From Desulfobacterales bacterium (lineage in GTDB: Bacteria; Desulfobacterota; Desulfobacteria; Desulfobacterales; UBA2156): 64,000 nucleotides of DNA. The stretch is from positions 797 to 64,796 of the forward strand of contig DRHF01000057.1 of assembly GCA_011049715.1 (NCBI GenBank), read 5' to 3'. Shown here piece by piece: positions 54,522 to 64,000 of this stretch (position 1 is the first letter of the stretch; each line of letters opens with the position of its first letter). The translations under genes and the position numbers were made by a program. The notes beneath the pieces are model-generated. The model had not been told where the DNA came from. It ran no database searches and worked only from the letters and a program-made list of their open reading frames with translations.

Positions 54522-56630
54522 ATGGAAATTTTATTAAAGACCGAGATCGGTGGTAAATCATTAAGCATACAGACCGGAAAAGTGGCCAAACAGGCTTCAG
54601 GTTCGGTGGTGGTTCAATATGGAGAGACTATCGTTCTCATCACCGCTGTATCATCTAACGAAGTAAGAGCCGGTATAGATTTTTTACCTCTTACCGTTGA
54701 CTATCAGGAGAAAATATATTCAGCCGGGCGTATACCCGGTAATTATTTCAGACGCGAGATTGGAAGGCCAAGTGAAAAAGAAACATTAACCGCCCGTTTG
54801 ATCGACCGTCCCATCCGGCCGTTATTTCCTAAACACTACGGGTATGAAACACAGGTAATCGCAACTGTCCTATCGATGGATAAGGAAAACGATCCGGATA
54901 CGTTGGCGATGATTGGCGCATCTGCAGCGCTCCAGATTTCCGACATTCCGTTTGAAGGACCGATCGCCAGTGTTCGTGTGGGCCGTATTGACGGGAAGCT
55001 AAAAATAAATCCGACCATCGGCGAATACGAAATTTCAGACATCAATATCATCGTTACCGGTACCAAGACAGGTGTTGTCATGGTGGAAGGGAGTGCCAAC
55101 ATTGTTAGTGAGGTGGATTTGCTCGAAGCGATCTTTTACGGTCATCAAGAGATGCAGCCGGTCATCGATTTACAGATAGAACTTCATGAATCGGCCGGAA
55201 AACCGAAACGTTCATTTGTGCCACCTGAAAGAGACGAAAATTTAGTTCAAAGAATCGAGAACGAAACGGCGCAACACATTCATGAAACCATATTGATACC
55301 TGATAAGATCGGTCGAAACGCCGGTTTTCAATTGTTGAAATCTGAACTGATGGAAAGACTTGGGGAAGATTTTTCAGAACGCAGGGGTGAGGTCAATGAG
55401 ATCATTGGCGACATCAAGAAGAGGATCTGCAGAGATCTTATTCTGAAAGAAAACCGTCGTATCGATAACCGGAAACCCGATGAAATCAGACCCATAACCT
55501 GTGAAGTCGGTCTTCTGCCTAGACCCCACGGTAGCGCCCTCTTTACTCGGGGGGAGACCCAAGTTCTCGGGGTTCTAACACTCGGTTCAGGACCGGACGA
55601 ACAACGGGTCGAAACTTTAATGGGGGAAGAATTCAGACCGTTTATGCTCCATTACAATTTTCCGCCGTACTCGGTGGGTGAGGCGCGGCGTATGATGGGA
55701 CCCAGCCGCAGAGATATCGGGCATGGCGGTCTATCGACCAGAGCCATTGAAAAAGTGTTACCTTCAAAGGAGGCATTTGACTATACCATCCGTATTGTTT
55801 CAGAAGTATTGGAATCCAATGGCTCTTCATCCATGGGCACCGTCTGTTCTGCAACCTTGGCCCTTATGGACGGAGGCGTGCCGCTGAAAGCACCGGTATC
55901 GGGTATTGCAATGGGGCTTGTAAAAGAGGGGGATCAGGTGGTTATTCTGTCTGACATCCTCGGAGATGAGGACCATATGGGTGATATGGATTTTAAGGTA
56001 GCCGGTACCAGTGAAGGCATTACCGCGCTTCAGATGGATATTAAAATTCATGAGCTTTCAAGAGATATTATTGAAAAAGCCCTGGAGCAAGCCCGTGTCG
56101 GCCGGCTTTTTATACTGGATAAGATGATGGAAGCGTTGCGCGAATCCCGAAAGGAAATCTCTCCCTATGCGCCCAAAATAATCACAATCAATATTAATCC
56201 GGATAAGATTCGGGAGGTCATCGGGCCTGGAGGAAAAATAATTCGAGCACTCCAAAATGAAACCAACACCCGCATAGAGATAGATGATTCCGGACTTATT
56301 AAAATCGCAGCCTTGTCCCAAGAAGAGGGTGATGATGTCTTGCGACGGATAAAAGAGATCGTCGCCGAGCCGGAAGTGGGGGCTATTTACGAAGGAACGG
56401 TTGTGAAAATCATGGACTTTGGAGCCTTTGTGGAAATACTTCCCGGTACAGACGGTCTTGTTCATATCTCACAACTCGCCAATCACCACGTTAAAAAGGT
56501 AACCGATATTGTCAAGGAAGGCGAAAAGTTAAAAGTCAAGGTGCTCGAGGTGTCCCGCGACGGAAAAATCCGTTTGAGTCGAAAGGCTGTTCTTGCTGAA
56601 GAAGGTGAAAATGGCATCGAAGATAAATAA
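54522..56630 (+). CDS. pnp: polyribonucleotide nucleotidyltransferase (PNPase)
   Basis: The track ORF starts at TTG 54510. I chose ATG 54522, preceded by GGAGG. Two RNase PH domains, KH and S1 ([18 protein letters not shown]). Confidence 0.95.
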   Translation: MEILLKTEIGGKSLSIQTGKVAKQASGSVVVQYGETIVLITAVSSNEVRAGIDFLPLTVDYQEKIYSAGRIPGNYFRREIGRPSEKETLTARLIDRPIRPLFPKHYGYETQVIATVLSMDKENDPDTLAMIGASAALQISDIPFEGPIASVRVGRIDGKLKINPTIGEYEISDINIIVTGTKTGVVMVEGSANIVSEVDLLEAIFYGHQEMQPVIDLQIELHESAGKPKRSFVPPERDENLVQRIENETAQHIHETILIPDKIGRNAGFQLLKSELMERLGEDFSERRGEVNEIIGDIKKRICRDLILKENRRIDNRKPDEIRPITCEVGLLPRPHGSALFTRGETQVLGVLTLGSGPDEQRVETLMGEEFRPFMLHYNFPPYSVGEARRMMGPSRRDIGHGGLSTRAIEKVLPSKEAFDYTIRIVSEVLESNGSSSMGTVCSATLALMDGGVPLKAPVSGIAMGLVKEGDQVVILSDILGDEDHMGDMDFKVAGTSEGITALQMDIKIHELSRDIIEKALEQARVGRLFILDKMMEALRESRKEISPYAPKIITININPDKIREVIGPGGKIIRALQNETNTRIEIDDSGLIKIAALSQEEGDDVLRRIKEIVAEPEVGAIYEGTVVKIMDFGAFVEILPGTDGLVHISQLANHHVKKVTDIVKEGEKLKVKVLEVSRDGKIRLSRKAVLAEEGENGIEDK

Positions 56631-57876
56631 AACTGTTCTTGACAACGGCATCCGGGTTTTGACAAACAGGATGCCCCATATCCGCAGCATTTCAATGGGG
56701 GTCTGGGTTAATGTTGGGGCCCGGGATGAAACCCCGGATGAAAACGGGCTTTCCCATTTCATTGAGCACATGATTTTTAAAGGAACAAAAAGGAGGACAT
56801 CCTATCAGATTGCCAAAGAATTTGATGCCATCGGCGGGCATAGCAACGCCTTTACGTCAATGGAGAATACGTGCTATCACGCAAAGGTGATGGACACCCA
56901 TCTCACCACAATGGTCGACATCCTCTCCGATATATTTTTAAATTCAGTATTTGATCCTAAAGAGTTTGAAAAGGAGCGGCCGATCATATTTCAGGAAATA
57001 GGAATGGTTGAAGATAATCCTGAAGATTACATCCATGTTCTTTCCGGAAATGCTTTTTGGGGCGAGAACCCCCTGGGTCGCTCGATCATTGGAAGCCGTG
57101 AGAACATTGCCCGTTTCAATGCAAAAACTCTCAAAAAGTTCTTCCAACGCTTCTACCAGCCGGAACGCATCGTCATATCGGCTTCCGGCAATCTGTCGCA
57201 CGACGCTTTTGTAAATCTTATCAGAAAGGCCTTCGAGTCGATTCACCCCAGTAACAACTTTCCCGAACGGATCACCCCAACCGGTCAGTTTAACATTCGT
57301 CTTCATCATAGAAAACTTGAACAGGTTCATGTCTGTATTGGAACAAAAGGGTTAGCCATAGTCGACCCTAAGCGGTATGCTTTTTCACTCTTAAATACCA
57401 TTCTCGGCGGCAATATGAGTTCAAGGCTCTTTCAGGAAATCCGTGAACGTCGGGGACTTGCCTATTCCATCTATTCCTTTATCTCATCCCACGTGGATAC
57501 CGGAATGTTTGGTGTCTATATCGCCGTGGACCCCAAAACATCACTCAAATCAACGAAATTGATTTTAAGAGAAATGCGAAAGCTAAAAGAGATGCGGGTC
57601 GACCCAACCGATTTGAACAATGCGAAGGAGTATACCAAAGGAGGCCTTTTGCTTGCTGCTGAGAGTGTGGATAACCATATGGTGCGTTTGGCACAAAATG
57701 AGATCCATTTTGGCCGCCAAATACCGTTGAAATCGGTGATAGATAAAATAGAAGCGGTCACCGGCGATGAAATCATCGATTTGGCTAGATATCTTTTCCA
57801 ATCCGAACAGCTTGCCCTGACGATGCTCGGGCCGGTTTCCGATAAAAAGTCATTTGAAGATGTCCTGTTCCTTTAG
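56611..57876 (+). CDS. M16-family (pitrilysin/insulinase-like) zinc peptidase
   Basis: ATG 56611 lies within track ORF 56593..57876. HFIEH zinc motif (inverted HxxEH). Overlaps the pnp 3' end by 20 nt. Confidence 0.85.
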   Translation: MASKINKTVLDNGIRVLTNRMPHIRSISMGVWVNVGARDETPDENGLSHFIEHMIFKGTKRRTSYQIAKEFDAIGGHSNAFTSMENTCYHAKVMDTHLTTMVDILSDIFLNSVFDPKEFEKERPIIFQEIGMVEDNPEDYIHVLSGNAFWGENPLGRSIIGSRENIARFNAKTLKKFFQRFYQPERIVISASGNLSHDAFVNLIRKAFESIHPSNNFPERITPTGQFNIRLHHRKLEQVHVCIGTKGLAIVDPKRYAFSLLNTILGGNMSSRLFQEIRERRGLAYSIYSFISSHVDTGMFGVYIAVDPKTSLKSTKLILREMRKLKEMRVDPTDLNNAKEYTKGGLLLAAESVDNHMVRLAQNEIHFGRQIPLKSVIDKIEAVTGDEIIDLARYLFQSEQLALTMLGPVSDKKSFEDVLFL

Positions 57877-57974
57877 CCCGTTTCACTTTTTAGCTGTATC
57901 AATCGAATGGCGAAATCGCCACCCGCATTTTTCGTAAAACACCCCAAAGGGAAAATCAAAATACCCTGCCGATC

Positions 57975-58433
57975 ATGGAAGAGGACCCTACAATTCAATT
58001 TTCTCGTTTGAGACCGGAATCAGATAAAGACATTCCGCTTCCGAGGTACATGACAGACCAAGCAGCTGGGATGGATATTCATGCTGCCATCGAAAAAGAG
58101 ATCATCCTTTCGCCTGGAGAGATTTTTTTGATTCCCTCGGGTTTTGCCATTGCCATTCCCAAGGGATTTGAAGCCCAGATCCGTCCGCGAAGCGGCTTAG
58201 CGGTAAAACACGGTATCGGTCTGATAAATTCGCCTGGGACCATAGATGCGGATTATCGAGGTGAAATTAAAGTTGCGGTGATCAACTTCGGTAAAAAGCG
58301 TTATACATTTCACCGGGGTGACAGGATTGCCCAGATGGTGATTCAAAAGGTCTTTCAGGCCAGATTAAAAATTGTGGAACGACTCGATGAAACAGTTCGC
58401 AATAGCGGCGGGTTCGGACATACAGGCAAATAG
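57975..58433 (+). CDS. dut: dUTP diphosphatase
   Basis: 152 aa. AAGMDIHA, RPRSGLA, GTIDADYRGE, RGGFGHTG motifs. Confidence 0.95.
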   Translation: MEEDPTIQFSRLRPESDKDIPLPRYMTDQAAGMDIHAAIEKEIILSPGEIFLIPSGFAIAIPKGFEAQIRPRSGLAVKHGIGLINSPGTIDADYRGEIKVAVINFGKKRYTFHRGDRIAQMVIQKVFQARLKIVERLDETVRNSGGFGHTGK

Positions 58434-59244
58434 AACGGATCAGCTTCAAAATTCCCGGCTGAATTCCGATATTAAACTTATTGTATGTATGTTGGCCAGC
58501 GGGAGCAAAGGGAATGCCATTTATATTTCCGACAATTCAACGTCAATCCTTGTTGATTCTGGCCTCTCAGGGGTTGAAATTGAAAAGAGGCTAAAATCGA
58601 GGGGTCTGAACCCGTCAGAACTGGATGCCATCCTTGTTACCCATGAACATGCGGATCACATTCATGGGGTTGGCATCCTTTCCCGCCGGTTTTCTCTGCC
58701 GGTTTATATCAGCCGAAAAACCGGTATGGGAATTCCCGCCAAGACCGGACATATTAGTGATATGATCAATTTTGAGTGCGGATCCACGTTTATGTTAAAA
58801 ACGCTAAAAATTCATCCTTTCTCGATATCCCATGATGCGGCAGACCCGGCGGGATTTACCATAACACAAAACGGGGCTAAAATCGGTATTGCAACCGACC
58901 TCGGCATCGCGACTTCCATGGCCATTGAGCATCTAAAGGGTTGTTCATTGTTAATTCTTGAAGCGAATCATGACCCCGATATGCTGGTCAACGGACCTTA
59001 TCCATGGCCGATTAAACAACGGATAAAAAGCAGAATCGGCCACCTTTCCAACGAAGATTCAAAAAAATTGGTCATGAAAGTCAAACACCCCCGACTGAAA
59101 CATATCATTCTGGCCCATTTGAGCGAAATAAACAACACCCCGAAAAAAGCCTTAAGCATTGTTTGTGAGGCAATAAATCCTTCTGAAACTGAGATCGATG
59201 TGGCCGTGCAGGATCGATGTGGAAAATTGTTCTGTCTTCGATAG
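58372..59244 (+). CDS. MBL-fold metallo-hydrolase (YycJ/PhnP-like)
   Basis: 290-aa ORF with LASGSKGNAIYI and HEHADH motifs. The start is uncertain: the long ORF overlaps dut by 62 nt, and the first ATG after the dut stop is 58489. Confidence 0.8.
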   Translation: MWNDSMKQFAIAAGSDIQANRTDQLQNSRLNSDIKLIVCMLASGSKGNAIYISDNSTSILVDSGLSGVEIEKRLKSRGLNPSELDAILVTHEHADHIHGVGILSRRFSLPVYISRKTGMGIPAKTGHISDMINFECGSTFMLKTLKIHPFSISHDAADPAGFTITQNGAKIGIATDLGIATSMAIEHLKGCSLLILEANHDPDMLVNGPYPWPIKQRIKSRIGHLSNEDSKKLVMKVKHPRLKHIILAHLSEINNTPKKALSIVCEAINPSETEIDVAVQDRCGKLFCLR

Positions 59245-59446
59245 TTCGATTTTTTATACTTTTTACTCGGGTTTCGTCCTTTTGGTTTTACGAAGGCCCC
59301 TGAATCTTAAGAAAACTCTCCGGTTTGCTGGCCGCCGAACCGGCGACGGTGTTGGCGAAGAGTTCAATCGTCCATGATGACCGGAATACCCGCAGCTTCC
59401 GCTATTAATAATGTGAACCTGAGAACCACTAAAAGGGTGAACTGTC

Positions 59447-60976
59447 ATGAATAACCGGGCCCCGATTATTGTGGGAGTTGGGCAACTGACTCATAAACCA
59501 AAAAATCCCAGGGATTTTTTACATCCGCTGCAAGGGATGAAAACAGCTGTGAAGCGTGCGGCTGATGATGCAGGATGCAAGGACCTGATCGGTACCGCCG
59601 ATGCATTGCATGTGGTTAATATTTTCACATGGAATTACCGTAAAGTCCCTCGGATGCTGGCTGAACTGCTTGATATCAACCCAGCTTTAAAAGAATATAC
59701 CACCATTGGCGGTGACACTCCTCAATGGTTGGTGAATCGGGTGGCGGACAATCTTGTATCCGGGAAAAATGACGTATCAATCCTTGCAGGTTGTGAGGTT
59801 ATGCACTCTGTTAAATCTGCTTTAGCCTCCGGTAGGCCACCGGAGGGTTTTCAGGACAATTTCCAGGACATCACACCGATTGGGGACGACTCAGAGGGCG
59901 TCCTTATCGGAAACAAAAGATTTGGCAATAGTGGGGATGAATTGGACCATTTTATGGATATGCCGATTCGAATTTATCCTTTAATAGAAAATGCGCTGCG
60001 GGCTAAGGAAGGTCTCACAATTGAACAACAAATTGAAAATCTGGGTAAATTTGGTGAAACCTTCAGTGCTGTTGCAGCAAAAAATCCTTATGCTTGGTCG
60101 AGAGATCCATTAACAGCCACACAGACCACCACACCGTCACCCAAAAACAGGATGATTTCTTTTCCTTACACCAAATTATTGAATGCCAATCTATATGTTG
60201 ACCAAGCGGCCGCACTTATTATGACCACTCCGCATATGGCCCGGAAACTCGGCATTCCAAAAGAAAAATGGGTTTACCTCCATGGCGGACAAGATGCAAC
60301 CGACATCTGGTTTATCAGTGAACGCAAAGATATAGCCGACTCACCGGCAATAAAAGCCAGTGTGCAGGACGCCTTGCGCCAGGCTCAATTAACATTGGCG
60401 GATGTCAGTTTTTTCGATTTTTACAGCTGCTTCCCTTGCATGCCCCGTTTATATCGTCTTGTTTTAGGAATTGAACATGCGGACCCCAGACCAATGACCT
60501 TGACAGGAGGGTTACCTTATTTTGGAGGTCCTGGAAGTAATTACGTGATGCATTCAATCGCTGAAGCGGTCGACCGTTGTCGAATTGAGCCTGAAAAATT
60601 CGGTTTGATCACTTCAAATGGTTGGTATTGTACAAAACATTCCGCAGGGATTTATAGCTGCCGGAATCCCACAAAAACGTGGAATCGCGCACCGCCTGCT
60701 TCATTTCAAAAGCGACTATCTCTTCCGAAAAGCCTGGAAATTGATAAAGCGCCTTCAGGAAGCTTCCTGGTCGATAGCTATACCGTATGGTTTAGCCGCC
60801 AGGGAGAACCTGAAACAGGCATTTTGATCGGCCGGACTGAATCCGGTAAACGGGCATTGGCCCATACACCAAAAGGCAATAAAGATATTCTGTATACCAT
60901 GATGCAGAAAGAGTGGATTGGCGCCAAAGGAAAGGTTGTGGGACAAAAGGATAAAATCAATATTGTAGATTTTTAA
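59447..60976 (+). CDS. thiolase-like (SCP-x/acetyl-CoA acetyltransferase-related) protein with C-terminal extension
   Basis: 509 aa. IIVGVGQ N-terminus, FDFYSCFPC and GGPGSNYVMHSIAE blocks resembling the thiolase C-terminal domain. Function not assignable by eye. Confidence 0.6.
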   Translation: MNNRAPIIVGVGQLTHKPKNPRDFLHPLQGMKTAVKRAADDAGCKDLIGTADALHVVNIFTWNYRKVPRMLAELLDINPALKEYTTIGGDTPQWLVNRVADNLVSGKNDVSILAGCEVMHSVKSALASGRPPEGFQDNFQDITPIGDDSEGVLIGNKRFGNSGDELDHFMDMPIRIYPLIENALRAKEGLTIEQQIENLGKFGETFSAVAAKNPYAWSRDPLTATQTTTPSPKNRMISFPYTKLLNANLYVDQAAALIMTTPHMARKLGIPKEKWVYLHGGQDATDIWFISERKDIADSPAIKASVQDALRQAQLTLADVSFFDFYSCFPCMPRLYRLVLGIEHADPRPMTLTGGLPYFGGPGSNYVMHSIAEAVDRCRIEPEKFGLITSNGWYCTKHSAGIYSCRNPTKTWNRAPPASFQKRLSLPKSLEIDKAPSGSFLVDSYTVWFSRQGEPETGILIGRTESGKRALAHTPKGNKDILYTMMQKEWIGAKGKVVGQKDKINIVDF

Positions 60977-61018
60977 TATTCATCTTTTTACTTGTCAAAC
61001 CATATGATTATATATAAG

Positions 61019-61080
61019 AATTTAAGTTTCGCACCCCCAATCAATCGGAGCACCGCCTTCGGCGTGGGGCGAATAAAATC
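61019..61080 (-). repeat. R2 structured repeat, copy B
   Basis: Plus strand: AATTTAAGTTTCGCACCCCCAATCAATCGGAGCACCGCCTTCGGCGTGGGGCGAATAAAATC. The reverse complement carries GGGGGTGCGAAACTTAAATT, identical in its last 17 nt to copy A. Confidence 0.75.
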
Positions 61081-61143
61081 AAGAGAAATTCCTTCATTGC
61101 CATGCAATGATAAAAGCCATTTGAAAGAAAGGAGGAAAGATAA

Positions 61144-62205
61144 ATGAACGACCAGGACATCATATCTGTTGCCGCTGTACAGGCAGCTCCGGTTTTCCTC
61201 GACAAAGACGCCACCATCGAAAAGGCCTGCAGGCTCATTGCCGAGGCAGGTGAAAACGGTGCAAAACTCATTGTGTTCCCTGAAACCTTTATCCCGACTT
61301 TCCCTTATTGGAGCAATTATCATCCGGAAGGCCCCCCCTGGGCCCGTACTTTTACCAAGTTGTTCAAGAACTCGGTTGAAATTCCCAGTCCTGATACCGA
61401 TATCCTAGGACAAGCAGCCCGAAAAGCCGGCGCATATTTGGTCATGGGACTAAACGAGCGTGACCGGGTCTACGGTGGGACCCTGTACAATACACTGCTG
61501 TTCTTCGATCCGGAGGGACGCATTTTGGGCAAACATCGTAAACTGATGCCAACCCACCACGAACGACTTTTCTGGGGATTTGGAGACGGGTCAGGCTTGA
61601 ACGTATATCCAACTTCATTGGGTAAACTGGGTGGGCTCATCTGCTACGAACACCACATGACCCTCTCTAAATATGCGCTTTATGCCCAGGGAGAGCAGAT
61701 CCATTGTGGGGTCTGGCCGGGATGGCCCGGGAATCCGGACTACGACAATATCGATATAGTGCACACGGCCAGCCGCCAGTACGCTTTTGAGGGTCAGTGC
61801 TTTGTGATTTGCGCATGTGGCTGGATTCATCCTGACATGATCCCTGAAGATTTTGAGTTCAAAGATGAAATGGACTGCCGGAGCCGGGGTGGGACGACTA
61901 TCATCAGCCCCTTGGGGCATTTGGTGGCCGAACCGCTTCTGGATAAGGAGGGGATCGTCTATGCAAAATTGAAAATGGATCATATCATCAAGGCCAAAGC
62001 CTTTGTTGACTGTACCGGGCACTATGCGCGTTGGGATGTGTTAAATCTTAATTTTAACCGCCGTCCCAATCAAGCTATCGCCACCCCTCGCCGACCGGTC
62101 GAACTGCAACTGCGGGAAGAGCTGACAGAACTCCTGGCCCGGGCCAATACGCTCACCCACGAGGATCTCCTTGGTGAACTCCATCGATTGACGGGTGCAG
62201 ACTAG
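61144..62205 (+). CDS. nitrilase / carbon-nitrogen hydrolase family protein
   Basis: 353 aa. FPETF (Glu), HRKLMPT (Lys) and GGLICYEH (Cys) form the catalytic triad context. SD AAGGAGG. Confidence 0.85.
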   Translation: MNDQDIISVAAVQAAPVFLDKDATIEKACRLIAEAGENGAKLIVFPETFIPTFPYWSNYHPEGPPWARTFTKLFKNSVEIPSPDTDILGQAARKAGAYLVMGLNERDRVYGGTLYNTLLFFDPEGRILGKHRKLMPTHHERLFWGFGDGSGLNVYPTSLGKLGGLICYEHHMTLSKYALYAQGEQIHCGVWPGWPGNPDYDNIDIVHTASRQYAFEGQCFVICACGWIHPDMIPEDFEFKDEMDCRSRGGTTIISPLGHLVAEPLLDKEGIVYAKLKMDHIIKAKAFVDCTGHYARWDVLNLNFNRRPNQAIATPRRPVELQLREELTELLARANTLTHEDLLGELHRLTGAD

Positions 62206-62225
62206 AGCTGTGTCCCCAAAATTAA

Positions 62226-62837
62226 TCATAGCAGCCCCAGGCCATAACCTTTCAGCTTTTTATCCAAGGCTTTTCTATTACTTACCAGTCGATCCATCTC
62301 AATATAAAATTTCAAGCCGTGGTTTTTAACTCGCGTATGAACAAGTTCGTGTAGAATAACATAATCCATCAATTTTTCAGGTAATCTGGCCAGTTTCATA
62401 TTGAGGCTGATATTATTTTTTGGGGAACAACTTCCCCAACGCGTTTTTTGATTTCTGATAAATAGACGATTATATGTGAAGCAGTGTTTTTTTGCCCATT
62501 TCTCCAGTTTTTGAGCAAGAATCTTTTCGGCTTCCTGTTGATCGATGTCATTGAAATTCAAGGAAAGAAATTTATAATTTCTTTCCATTTCTCTCATTTT
62601 ATTCACATTTTTTTGTATCCACTTTTTTTTGGAGTTGGCAAACGTTTTGGCTTTGTCGTATGAAATCCTGTAAGGTACTGCAACTCGGACCCCCTTAAAA
62701 GGTCTTACAGAAATATTGATCCGTTTGGCCTTTCCGCTTCGTTCAAACCTGATTTCGCCGATACCTTCAATCCAAAATAGATGATGACGCATCCTTTCCC
62801 GCCTTATCCCCTTCTGTTTGATCAACCCATAGCCCAT
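62226..62837 (-). CDS. YgjP-like (DUF45/M48-related) metal-dependent hydrolase
   Basis: 203 aa. RWGSCSPKNNISLN and the HELVHTRVKNH zinc motif. Confidence 0.8.
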   Translation of the reverse strand: MGYGLIKQKGIRRERMRHHLFWIEGIGEIRFERSGKAKRINISVRPFKGVRVAVPYRISYDKAKTFANSKKKWIQKNVNKMREMERNYKFLSLNFNDIDQQEAEKILAQKLEKWAKKHCFTYNRLFIRNQKTRWGSCSPKNNISLNMKLARLPEKLMDYVILHELVHTRVKNHGLKFYIEMDRLVSNRKALDKKLKGYGLGLL

Positions 62838-63056
62838 ATGGACACCTTCTATATCCTTTTAGGGAGAACATTTCAATGTTGACATCTTATACCTTATTTT
62901 GTAATCACTCGACTCTTGTTGGATCAAACAGACATCTCGAAACGATAGCTTATTAAAGAGATTGTGGGAAATATCCAAAGGGTAGAAAAAAATCGGAAAC
63001 CGCTGCAACTGAAATCCGGACAATAAACCGTCTGGACTTTGAATGAAGGTCAACAA

Positions 63057-63743
63057 ATGAAACTAATAGAGGAAGCGATAAAAAAGGGACAGACCATACT
63101 TTCAGAATATGAATCCAAACAATTACTTGCTTACTATGACATTCCGGTGACAAGGGAAGCGCCGGTGAAAAACAGGGGAAGCCTTTTGGAAGCCGCAGGG
63201 AAAATCGGCTATCCGGTCGTTTTTAAAGGCTGTTCTTCCGAGATTACCCATAAAACGGAAAAGGGATTGATCCGGCTGGATATTCGAAACAGTGAGGAGG
63301 CTGCAATCGCATTTGATGAAATCACGGCTGCGATGAACGGATCTGGAAATTTCATACTGGTCCAGGAAATGATCCGTGGAAAAAGAGAACTGGTTGCGGG
63401 ATTGACCCGGGACCCCCAGTTCGGTCCGTGCGTTATGTTTGGACTTGGAGGGATATTTACCGAAATATTAAAAGACATCTCATTTCGCGTAGCTCCTTTG
63501 AAAAAGTATGACGCACTTGAGATGATGCATGAAATACGGGGATGCAGGATTCTGGACGCCGTCCGTGGAATGGAACCCGTTGATCTGGAGATGCTGGCAG
63601 ACATCCTGATCACTCTGGGAAAAATCGGCATTGAGAATGAAGAGATCAAAGAAATCGATATCAACCCGCTTATCATATCAGGGAACAAACCGGTTGCAGT
63701 AGATGCCCTTGTGGTATTGGAATCCCCTCAAACATTGGATTGA
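63057..63743 (+). CDS. acetate--CoA ligase (ADP-forming) beta-type ATP-grasp domain protein
   Basis: ATG 63057 lies within track ORF 63039..63743. LSEYESKQLLAYYDIPV, YPVVFKG, VQEMI, INPLI. ATP-grasp_5-type layout. Confidence 0.75.
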   Translation: MKLIEEAIKKGQTILSEYESKQLLAYYDIPVTREAPVKNRGSLLEAAGKIGYPVVFKGCSSEITHKTEKGLIRLDIRNSEEAAIAFDEITAAMNGSGNFILVQEMIRGKRELVAGLTRDPQFGPCVMFGLGGIFTEILKDISFRVAPLKKYDALEMMHEIRGCRILDAVRGMEPVDLEMLADILITLGKIGIENEEIKEIDINPLIISGNKPVAVDALVVLESPQTLD

Positions 63744-64000
63744 TCACCTCCGGCAGCGCTGAAAAATTTCCGGGGCGCAGATAATCGTTGACTGACTATG
63801 GGACGGGGATGGAAGCACCATCAATGACCAACTGGTCCGTCGGACATTCGAAATCGGAGATAATTTGGACTGCTTTTAACAGAAATGTTTTTTTGAGTTG
63901 TTTGATGTTTTGGTTGTTAAGACCTCTTAGATGTGAGGTGTTTCTTGGGTGTAGCTTGATGGAGATCGCATCGACCCCGGACCTTCTATGATTTAAATGG

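Noticed and set aside
63796-64000. A minus-strand frame open from the window end to TAG at 63796-63798 (...KLHPRNTSHLRGLNNQNIKQLKKTFLLKAVQIISDFECPTDQLVIDGASIPVP). It could be the 3' end of a gene lying beyond the window.
   Set aside because: Only 67 codons are visible, with no recognisable family motif, and the window edge prevents assessment. It is too weak to report as a feature.

Overview
This 64-kb window looks like chromosomal DNA from a sulfate-reducing bacterium. Gene content and order suggest a Desulfobacterales-type deltaproteobacterium; that is an inference, not a database result.

Gene content, left to right:
- iorBA (iorB is cut by the window edge).
- A minus-strand sugar-acid catabolic cluster: IclR regulator, GarR-like reductase, HpcH-type aldolase, IlvD/Edd dehydratase.
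- Two type II toxin-antitoxin pairs.
- About 13 kb of low coding density (8.4-21.3 kb). It holds a potFGHI-type polyamine ABC operon bracketed by 34-nt direct repeats, gene wrecks (unknown-protein fragment, MFS fragment, tyrosine-recombinase fragment), several small genes with strong SD sequences, a convergent pair of PilZ paralogues, an SQR-like flavoprotein and a DinB-like protein.
- The core dissimilatory sulfate-reduction locus: sat, convergent with aprB-aprA-qmoA-qmoB-qmoC.
- A Dpp/Opp-type ABC transporter, an M20 amidohydrolase and a class-I glutamine amidotransferase-like hydrolase.
- infC-rpmI-rplT-pheS-pheT-merR, then an outer-membrane-like protein.
- tRNA-Gly(CCC) followed by rimP-nusA-infB-DUF503-rbfA-nrnA-truB-rpsO-pnp.
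- M16 peptidase, dut, an MBL hydrolase, a thiolase-like protein, a nitrilase, a YgjP-like metallopeptidase and an ADP-forming acyl-CoA synthetase beta (ATP-grasp) protein.

Most unusual observations:
1. An in-frame TAA splits qmoB inside a conserved motif.
2. Two related families of structured intergenic repeats share the terminal box GGTG(C/T)GAAACTT. One copy sits inside the qmo operon.
3. The potFGHI operon is bracketed by 34-nt direct repeats and lies next to a decayed integrase and chimeric gene remnants.

I found no cas genes, CRISPR array, intact transposase, or recognisable defence operon other than the TA pairs. All homology statements come from motif recognition by eye and no searches were run.
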